A DNA stretch of 64,000 nucleotides from the NCBI GenBank assembly GCA_964304625.1, contig OZ199839.1:5896311-5960310 (forward strand), given 5' to 3'. The notes beneath the pieces are model-generated. The model did not search any database and was not told where the DNA came from. It saw only the letters and a list, made by a program, of their open reading frames with translations. Below, one piece after another: positions 54,159 to 64,000 of the stretch. Positions within the stretch are counted from its first letter, which is position 1, and every line of letters begins with the position of its first letter. Origin of the DNA: Kudoa neothunni. Lineage: Eukaryota > Animalia > Cnidaria. A program made the translations under genes and the position numbers.

Positions 54159-56560
54159 CAGGGTTACAGCAGATTAGTGAAAAAAGTACCAAAAGTTAAT
54201 CCGCGAAAATAAGAGATTAATTGGGAAAAACGAAATTTTTTAAAATGTTTTTTAATTTATCTAAATGAAATTGTTTCATTACAGTTATCTTCATAAACGT
54301 TTGTCTCTATGAACGCTGTTACTAAATTTTCTACTGGGTTCCATTTTGTACAATCTGAATTATAAAATAAACTTTTCGAATAAATCAAGCTGTTTAATGT
54401 TTCGGTCTTCATTAACGATATATTTTTCATTTTTATTATGTTCAGTTGGGAAAATATTCTTTCGGCACATGCAGAAGAATGAGTTAATGAGAGCAAGCTC
54501 ATCATTAGTTTTGAAATTAATGGATATTTAGGCGCTTTGCCAATTCTTGTTTCTAATACATCGTACAAAAATTCGTCAGGATCACTTATAGAAAAGAAAT
54601 TTTAGTCTTCGAGAATTAATTATCTCCAATAATTTCCACATTGCTGTAGTCTTCATCCGATATAATATTGGGGAATCTTACTACAAGGGGTATGATATTA
54701 TGATAGACTCAGGCTTACCTTCATTTACGTTACTTGAATCCATTGCCTCGAAAAATTCAATCTCGTTAAATGAATTACTGTATTGAAAACGATCATATAA
54801 TTCATTTGTTAAGGAAGTATAGAAACTAAATATATTTATTTTATATTGGAGATATTCTTGCGAATTTATTATGGAAGAATTCATTGTATAGATGCAAATC
54901 ACCCTGGATTCGCGATAAACATTATCTAATGGAAGATAATTTGAAGAGCTATTTTATGAATATTCCAAATATACATATTTTTAATTATTTCTCTTTTCAT
55001 AAATAAGCTGATAATGACTTTAATGTAAAACTGATTGAAATTTTTAGCTTGTGTATTCAAAAGTTTTCGGATTGGAATTCAAGATTATGTTTGTTCACTA
55101 CTAGGAGTATAAGGTTTAAGAATTCAAAATACATATGTTTTATTAATTTTTCTGATTCAAAACCATTACCTGATACTGCAGTAGCAAAAAACATTTTATG
55201 TGCATTCCATTGATCGAGTATTCTAGCGACGACTTGTTCTAGTGACAGCCATCTTGTGCTACAAGGGCGTAATATCTTTCTAGGACAAATATCCATTATC
55301 TTTTGAAATTCCTTGTATTCACTCAAATGTTGGGGGTATTTCAAAAAATATGTGTAAAAATTTCTAGCTAAATCTTTGAACTCGTTTGAATGTTTATGAC
55401 ATGCTTTAGAAGCACATAAATTTACTGATTGACAAATGCAACCTTTCACGTAAAGCGGAGGAATTATTTGTTTCAGTAAACTCTGGACACCACCTTTTTT
55501 ACTCATCGTAACGTTCGCATTGCCACTGACAAATCCGATAAGAATGTGAATGAAGATATTATTAGTTTGAAAAAAAATTTATCTATGATTCAAAAGTTCC
55601 TTTGTCAGTACAATTTGTTATCTCCAATGTGACAAAATATTTGTCCATTGTCTTCTTAACATTGACATCATAATATCGAGTTACTAAAACTAGTTGTTTA
55701 GTTGTGGATATATCTGTGGTTTTATCCATTATTAATGAAAATTTAGTTGTTTATAATTTTGAAATTAACCCCTAACGGCTACCCATTGGATTCGCGCGTC
55801 CACCCCCTATTATTTTGTTGTAAAACCTGTTATAATTTGTGTAATTTCGCCAAACCATTAACTTATTTTATTATGTCGGTCGGTAGATAATGCTTTTTTA
55901 AAAATGTAGATGAAATTCTGACGAATATACACAAAATTTAACATGCATAACAACAAAATTTATAAACAAAATAATATAAAGATGGGCGCATGTGACTGAA
56001 GGTTATCCTTTAACGATTAAGTTTTTTAAGTAATCTTTCCCATAAATATGACGAAAAACACATTTTTCTTTCGTTAGAGCACATTTTATATCGTTGCGAA
56101 TAGCAGAATCTCCACAAACATTGGCAAATGATCCGAGATTGACAGCGGTAATTCTCTTCCGCAACAAAGGTACATAATTTCAATTCTGCTTTAAATATTT
56201 TTCGAGAATATACAACTGAACTGTTTAATTCTATATAACTATCTATTCTCATATTGTTTGTGTATTGTCTCATATTTCTTAAATGCTGTCCGGTTGCTAC
56301 ATGTCTTTCGATATTTGAAATACTACAGAAACTTCATATTTACACACTGTGCCGAAAATTTTCTCCTTGTTATCCATGTTCATATCAATCCACTGGATAA
56401 AACTTCGATTTTCCAATCATTCTCTTCTTACTTTGTGTTCATAATCTTTTTATATTTTTTTTGGTGTTACTTATCTTATATCGGTTTCGTTTCCACAGTT
56501 GTTATCGTTTTGATTAAAGGCCATAAAGATTCACTAACCCAAAAAATATTACATTATTTA
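54159..56560 (-). mobile_element. Decayed hAT transposase (ZNF862/ZBED-like)
   Basis: Fragments FSLIMDKTTDIS, GCICQSVNLCAS, CSTRWLSLEQVV and the dimerisation motif LSLTHSSACAERIFSQLN; possible terminus CAGGGTTAC at 54159. Confidence 0.85.
55769..56002. mobile_element. Small piggyBac-like insertion inside the hAT transposase
   Basis: TTAA|CCCCTAAC ... TGAAGG|TTAT interrupts otherwise contiguous hAT coding sequence. Confidence 0.45.
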
Positions 56561-57144
56561 TAACACAATAAAAGTTAAAAAACTTAATCCAACTTGTTGA
56601 ATGCAAAAACTAGTAGTAAATTATTAAGACGCGCGCTACTAAGAATGAATTTGAACGTTAAAATAGGTGTTTGTGTATAAAATTTTTTCCCAATCGAATT
56701 TTGGATATTGTATTCTTCTCCACTTCGTATTCGTTTCATTTAATTATTTCCAGGTATCAATGATAGCTTTTATTAAAAAAAAATAATTTATTAACAATTC
56801 CCCTGGTTAGAAATGTGTAAAATTAACATTTTAAGGAATTTTTTTAGCGACAATTAAATTTGATGACTCTTTCGAGCCAGATTTTTTTTCTTTAAGAAAA
56901 ATTTAAACCCCTAAAGTATAAAACATGCAGGCAGAATACTTAATTCTGTGAAGTAAATGAGCTAATTTCCCATGTATAAGATTAAATATACATTGGGATT
57001 ACATGGAATTGATTTGGCCATGAAATAAAAGAACTTTTCATTAAAAACAGTAAATAGATAACATTCTCGTGATCGGAAACTCATTAAACATGTAAATGAA
57101 GGCAAAATATTCTTAGATTTATAAAATTTTGTTAAATGATAATA

Positions 57145-58385
57145 CATTAAAGTCTCGATATTGCGAGGTTCGATGTAAGGAAGTCTTTATATTTTACAAA
57201 ATTCTGTAACTAGCATTGTAACCTTTTCGATGTATATTGTCTTTTACACTAGCTTTATACCCGAAAATGCGATGTAATATTTAAAAAATGTACTTTTAGT
57301 AAAATTCAGGGCCTTACTATTAGGCAGTGGTTACTTCAAATTTTAATCCGATGAATCCACTAAATAACACATTCGAACTTTCGATATTGTGATATTTGAA
57401 AAACATTATCATAAAAAATTGGAACTATTCAACATTATGTTTCAATTATCTCAACCTGACATGCCAAAAAATACCCTATACCGGCATAGAATATCATAAA
57501 TTCTTTTATTGTGAGTTTTATTCAAATTAAATTTAGTTATTCCTTTCTGAATAGAATTTTATCTAATAAATTTGATATATTGAACTTCAATGTTGTTTCT
57601 CTCAATAAAGGAATTACAAATAAAAAATCTTCCCAACCTCAAATTGAGTTGTATGACTGGATTGTATCAGAACTCTAAAAAAGACAAATATTCTAGAGTT
57701 TTTATAACAAAAAGAGGAAAAACTCTTTTCCGATGATCTTAAATCGTTGGTTTAGTTGTAACAGAAGGTTTCCTTATAAATTTTAAGATTCGCTGTTTTT
57801 TTAAATTTACTTTACGCTTAGAAGGATGCAAGTTGATGATAATATTGTTAATGATTAGGTGATCAAATATTATTAGGTAAAACGTAGATATGAAAAAGAG
57901 AATTATTAAATCTCAGTGAGACCGCTCTTTTCCAAGAACAATGCAATCAACGAACGCATGATATAAAGAAGGAGTTGAATTTGAAGGAAATGAAACAATA
58001 AAAAAACCTGTAATATAATTATACAGTGCTTAATTTACAAGGATAAAACTCCCACATAATTTCATTAGTAAATTTAAAGTGGCACCTTGTTTTAATTGAA
58101 TTTACGAACTTTTTGTTAAATATTAACGATCAAAAAATTGGTAGGATGTCTCCCACTATTTTCATGAAATTTTAACTCATTTTCAAAAATTAGCGAAAGA
58201 TAATGAAAAGTTCGTATATTATTAAAATAACGTCTTTCACATCTTTAATTTAATGACACAAACAAGAGAGATCATTTTTTCGTTAAAAAATAAAAAATTT
58301 ATTCTACTGACGCACGCGCGAAACCTCGATATTAGGCAGTAAAAGCTCAGTTCCTGATTTAGGGAGAAATATCATGACCTTACTG
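57145..58385. mobile_element. ~1.24-kb non-autonomous TIR element, copy 3
   Basis: TA|CATTAAAGTCTCGATATT ... ATCATGACCTTACTG|TA; strongly similar to 45083-46342. Confidence 0.85.
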
Positions 58386-58699
58386 TATTACCAAGAGCGC
58401 TCAGATCTTGCAATAATCTCAGAGTAATCTCCAAGTACGTCGGATCCTTCCGGTAGAAAATAAAATCAAAACCTAGTCATACTCTTATTCCTTTAAGAAG
58501 TAATTTTTAGTTAAAATTTAATAAATAACAAATATAAGAGATTCTAAGGTTTATAAATATTAAATACTATTGGTTCGGTTTTGAAAAAGTAAACTATCAT
58601 TTTATATCCTCAAGGAAAATTTTTTTGTTAGTTTATGTTAATGTTTATTTGAGATTAAAATACTACATAGATAGTTATAGAGAAAATAAAAAGGTAAAA

Positions 58700-58761
58700 A
58701 TAGAAATGTCGAAAAATAAAATAATTGGGTTTCCTAAAATACCCCATCCGTCACGTAAGGG
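58700..58761. mobile_element. piggyBac-like right terminus
   Basis: ...gggtttcctaaaataccccatccgtcacgtaAGGG|TTAA; the reverse complement resembles the CCCT...TGGGGT...AACCC ends at 32298 and 51379. Confidence 0.55.
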
Positions 58762-58948
58762 TTAAAGACTTGCTTTCGTAATGTATTCGTTATTTTAAGG
58801 TCGGAAATGCGATAATTTTATAATTCCCCGTATCAATTGAATTTAGAAAACTGTTTGAATTAAGATTACTTCAAAACATGAATGTACTTCGACGATTATT
58901 ATTTATATTTAATACCTATTAAAAATTCTTCCGTTATTAATAAACAAT

Positions 58949-60311
58949 ATGTTGGTTTTTTCAATATGTTCTCTTTTCTTATCAGTAATATCCACTGGTA
59001 TTTGTTTATTCACGGTAAATAAATAGATTTTTTGGTTTAGAAAGAGCGTTGCTCAATTACGATAAGGATGAAGGTCAAGCTCCAGTTTGGATAGAAAAAT
59101 CAGAACATGCCAAAGCGGTTGTTGAGAGATGGTACGTTGATAAAGCTGACGCTACCTGCAAACAGTTTAATTATCGCGGATCTCTCGGGAATTTTAATAA
59201 CTTTGTCTCAAAAGCTGCTTGCATTAATCATCGTATAAATACAATGCAGTTATATCTTGTAATTCCAATGTAGTTCGATTCACGCCGGAGGAAAAAGCTA
59301 ATGCATGTGCAGAGGCAATGAATGAAGGATTGTGTCAGCTCTCGGGCGATAAAGCTTTGGCTAGGTGGTACTTCAGCAATGATGGTTGCCACGAATTTAA
59401 ATATAAGGGATGTGGTGGAAACGCAAACAACTTTGAAACTGAGAAGGAATGTAAACAAGTTTGTCAAAGTAATTATCTTCGTCAGTTTTGAACGGATCAA
59501 AATTTAATCAAAAAATTAAAATATAATATGTAAATTAAACGCATTAATATTTTTTAATAGACAATGTAAATGGTCCAATGACTAATAATCCCCCATCAGA
59601 AAAAATGACTGCCGTTCCAAACGAATTCGACTGCACTTTTAGGGCTGAAGTAAAAACTCATTCTCCAAAAATGGGGATTGTTCCCCATAAAGATGGCAAG
59701 AGATGCGTCTATGCAGCTGTAGGAAGAGAAGCCAAGAGGGGATTTTTCAAGAACCTGCCATCTTGCGTAAAGTCTTGCGTTAGTAATATATTTATGGTTG
59801 CAATATCTTTATTAACTATCTGTAGAAAAGCTAGCACCAGCGTGTGCAGCGGATGGTCCCCATCAGATTGCAATCACAGAAGAGATTAAAAGCACAGAGA
59901 GGGTGAAAACATATTATTATTTCAAAAAATCAGAAGCAGTATGCATGCCATTCATGTCGAAAGAACCGGACGCGAACACTAAAATTGACGATGGTACATT
60001 AAATATATTCAGTTCAGCTGAGTTATGTGCAAGTTACTGTCCTGCAAGTATTTAATATCTAAATAATATCTTAATATATTTTTTTAGCTGGTCATATTGG
60101 TCAATTAAAAGCTGTTGAAGCTTGCACCCTTCCAAAAATTGGGGTATCAGTTAACACAGATAAATACAAGATAGATAGATACTACTATAATCACAAAGAA
60201 GCGACTGACAAATGCAAGAGTTTTGAATTCAATGGAAGGGAAATGAACCTGAATAACTTTAAGACTAAAGCAATTTGTGAAGCTATTTGCCAAACACCTT
60301 TGTCATCATAA
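58949..60311 (+). CDS. Five-Kunitz secreted protein, copy 4 (type B, most divergent)
   Basis: Six exons, intact frame from MLVFSICSLFLSVIST to ...CEAICQTPLSS*; in-frame 7-aa deletion in the domain-2 hairpin (RWYFSNDGCHEF). Confidence 0.92.
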
Positions 60312-60543
60312 TAATCGTTGACTTGGATTGCATATCCCATATGACAAGGAATAATATTTTCAATAATTTTAGAATTAATTATTGATTTCTACACAAATTA
60401 TTCTCCGTTTATTTTTCGTTTGATAGGATTGAATTAAATTTTTGTACAGAATAATAATTTATATCAGTCATAAAGTATCTGATAAAAATTATAATTTTTT
60501 AAGAAACAAGGTTTATTTTGACGCAATTAATATTTTTAGTTTA

Positions 60544-62471
60544 TAGTAGGTGTCCGCTAATTCGTAGAACCGATATTTCGTAACATCCCTTAAAACTTTA
60601 TCCATTAGGTTAAATTTGTCAAATAACGTTTTTTATGAGTTGATAATTAAATATACGAGTTACTTTTTTACTTTGTCCAATAAAAAGTTTTAAAAGTGTG
60701 TATTAACCGATAATTCGTAGTGATTGATAATTCGTACTAATTAGTTGCATGTTTTGGTAAAAATTGACCGATACTTCGTGATTATTTTTAAATACCCGAA
60801 AAAAGAATTCACAAATTCGGAACACTTCAAGAAAAATATGACGGAATTAAATATTATGATAGTTTGCCGCCCTTAAATAGAAAGACGTAAACTATCAAAC
60901 ACTTTAAAACACGTTATATTTCAACATTAAATGGCATTATCGTCCATCGAAATAATTAATAAAAGAAATGAGATCGGTGCTTCGGATGACGATTTCAAAA
61001 ATGTTAGTTACGGATGGTTTCGCGGCTTTAAAAATAGATTCAATTAAAAAAAGTCAGTTTTCATGGCGATGCTAACATGGTACCCATAGGAATTATCACA
61101 GAATGGAATACTCAACTAATTAAAATTCTTGAAAATTATAAAGAGGATCAAATATACAATGTCGACGAGACCGCGCTGTTCTATCAATCAACGCCTCCTA
61201 AGTTTTTCCTAAAAATGGTTATTTTTGTTTCGATTAGATATTTTTACATACAATAAATGAAAAATTTTTTGTTAATAGTATCACTTCCGCAATATGATTA
61301 TTTTATGGGCGCCAAATGTGTACTTCATTATTTTTTCGTTATGATCGAAATTATTCAATATTCTACAATCAATTATTTTTGCTCAAGTATTTATCTATAT
61401 TATTATAGGAAAAAGTTACGTTTCTGCTATTGAGAATAATGTCTTGTGGTAAAAAGTAAAAAAAAAGGATTACATTACTACTTGGAGCCTCAATGAATGG
61501 TGAAAAACTAGACCCCTTAGTGATAGGTCATCATGCCCGACCTAGATGCTTTAAAAGTATAAATACTACTTCAGTTCCCTATGAGTACAGCACAAAAGGC
61601 TGGATGACAACAAGCATTTTTAGAAATTATCTGTTAAAACTTAACAGTATTTTCAGAAGTAGAAACAAAAAATTGTTCTTTTTATGGACAACGCAAGTTG
61701 CCATCAACCCATGGAACTCTCTAACTATCAAATAGTCTATTTTCCCAAAAACACCACATCGGTCCTACAACCAATGGATCAAGGTGTTATTCGTTCATTT
61801 AAGGCAATATACCGGAAAAACTTAACGAGAAGACACACGCTTCGTGCAGAAATTGGACTGGATATAAAACCTCTAGATTTACGGGAAGCAATGACTCTTA
61901 TTAAGGATACTGGAATGCATTAGTTCCTGAAACAATTATTAATTGTTTTTCTAAATCTGGTTTCAGCTTAAAAGATCCGTAAATGAACCAGAAAATTACA
62001 ATACAATTTTATCTCCAGATAGTTCTACATCTCTAGAAGAAGTCGACGAATTAGGTATCGGAGAAAGTTTGTTTCCCGTATGTGATAATTTAGATAACAT
62101 CTCATACGACGAAATCGTTAGCGAGTCTGAAGAGGTAGAGGACGAACCTGTGGAGCCTAAATTCACTTCTAAAGATGCTCTAATTTTTGTAGAAAATTTG
62201 AAAATATTTTTCAAAGGTGCTGGTGCTACTCTTTAGGTGATGAATTAGCTAAATTAGAATCATATGTATATGAGTATATTGAAAAAACTCAAATACAATC
62301 AAAAATAACAGATTATTTTAGAAATCCTTAAAAATTAAATAATAAAATCAAAATTTTCATGTTATTTTTTTCACGCGCGCACAAAAAGCCATTACGAATT
62401 AGACGTTACTGACGTATAATTCGTAATTTTCTCCGTCCCCGAGGGGATTACGAATTAGTGGTCACCGACTG
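60544..62471 (+). mobile_element. Tigger/pogo DNA transposon (DDE_1), disrupted
   Basis: TIRs TAGTAGGTGTCCGCTAATTCGTA / TACGAATTAGTGGTCACCGACTG with TA flanks; motifs GWFRGFK, IYNVDETALFY, GEKLDPLVIG, KGWMT, MDNASCH, LQPMDQGVIRSFK. Confidence 0.9.
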
Positions 62472-62945
62472 TATTTCCATTAAAGTTGATCATGTGCGAT
62501 ACGAAAACCTTTACTAGGAATATAATCTCATAAAAAATTCAAAGACTTGCATTATACCAGTATAAATAAGCTAAAGCGTATTTCTTTGTATGTGTTTTAT
62601 TAATCGTGCTAATGTGTAACTGTAAATAAAATATAATAAATTAGCACGAAATATTTCTGTTTAATAATTATTTAATAATCTATGAAATAATAAATTAATC
62701 GTTATCAAATGAAAAAAGATCCAAATATTTTTATAACAGAATAAATTACAATTGTATCCATTCTAAAAAATTAATGAATACGATTATTAACTTGGCTTAT
62801 TTGAACTAACTTATTTTTAGTAATATAATTGTTTTACACTCTGTAATAAATATTACTATTTTTAATGTATAATTCGTTAATTTAGGGACTAAATGTTATT
62901 CAAATAAATTAAAGATGAGCAAATAATTTCGATGTAATTAATTAA

Positions 62946-63010
62946 CCCTTTAATGTACTTAAAATGGACTTGACTTCGATGGATTTTGGGGTAAAAAAAT
63001 ATTCCAGGTT
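62946..63010. mobile_element. piggyBac-like terminus
   Basis: TTAA|CCCTTTAATG...TTTTGGGGTAAAA; similarity to the Kunitz 3' flank stops here. Confidence 0.45.
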
Positions 63011-64000
63011 ATTATTATATATGCAAGAAAAATATTTTTTTGAAATTAAACAAAAGAGAATAAATATATTGTCAGCATTAGTTGAAAAGAAATGAATTAA
63101 GTCTATGGCAATCTTTTTAATCCTACGATAAACTAACTTTTTTAAAAATAGTAGTTGTGTATATAGAAAATTGAGAGATTTTTATTGTGCATCATCTCAA
63201 AAATCTTCTTTAATAAATAAGAAAATATAATTAATTGGTTAACTTTCCAAGTTCCTCCAATCGATTATATACTTTCTGCTTTTGGGATCGCGTTGACCCC
63301 AGGTTTTTATTGCATCCTTAAATGCAATTAAATTATGAAGTGGCATGCTAAATTAATTAAAAATTGATATACAAATATCTGTAATATTTCCACTAAGATT
63401 TGCATTACGTATAAATAAAATAGTTCGAATTCGAGAAAATATGTTGGCGCAATCAGTGTTTTTATCGCCTTGAACTTAAATTGAAACGACTTAGTGGGGC
63501 AGACCAATTTTTGATTCGTAAAGTGTTCAAAATTGTTTATACAAAAAATATTGGTAAATAAAGTTCGCCCATAACGTGATTAACAAATTAGTTTTCTATG
63601 ATGGGTAACCACTTAACGCGGTTTGACGAAGACATGAGCAATATGAATTTTTTTACTATCGCCCTTTGAATATAATATAGGCCATAAAAATTATTCATAT
63701 TGCAAAATAACTTCAAATCCTCATCATTCTCATCATATTTACAATGAGAAATATCTGTCATATCTTTGCAGTTGCTATCCAGATAATCCATTTTTGGAAT
63801 GGAGATGATACATGCGAGTTTAATGAACTAAATTACCTGATTTGTTAAGAATTAAGAAAGGCATATTTTAAAATTTTTCCATCAAAATGTGCTCAATTCG
63901 GTGAAAATTTCCTAAAACATTTTTAAGTCTAGTTTTGGCAGAGAAAAAATTGGGATATTTTTTTCACCAAAACCCATCAGAGCATGGAAATAGAATAGCT

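Noticed and set aside
51379-58761. A single intact piggyBac spanning 51379-58761
   Set aside because: The two ends are only loosely complementary and the 5' transposase half is missing; they may belong to different elements.
63588-63791. 67-aa minus-strand ORF near the window end
   Set aside because: No recognisable motif or splice structure; lies behind a TE-like terminus and is probably decayed TE sequence.

Overview
AT-rich eukaryotic genomic DNA, very likely from an invertebrate animal: the genes have many tiny (~40-75 nt) GT-AG introns, strongly diverged proteins, a universal stress protein and secreted Kunitz proteins. This fits a parasitic lineage such as a myxozoan, but the taxon cannot be fixed from this window. 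Positions 0.5-8.6 kb hold three tightly packed, co-oriented housekeeping genes (AAMP/Sqt1-like WD40, USP, phosphoglucomutase) with an operon-like layout. A small orphan gene lies at 11.8-12.3 kb (-), and a myotubularin-family gene with a degenerate active site lies at 18.9-21.5 kb (-). From ~22 kb to the end, decayed DNA transposons (hAT/Buster, piggyBac, Tigger/pogo, Ginger-like integrase, Helitron-like ends, non-autonomous TIR elements) surround a tandem array of four secreted five-Kunitz-domain genes in A-B-A-B order. These paralogues are hypervariable in their exposed and reactive loops (P1 = G/E/K/Q), while some introns are identical, and they are mosaics of one another. This array is the best candidate for an undescribed system: a diversifying secreted effector family. 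All gene models were assembled by eye and no searches were run.
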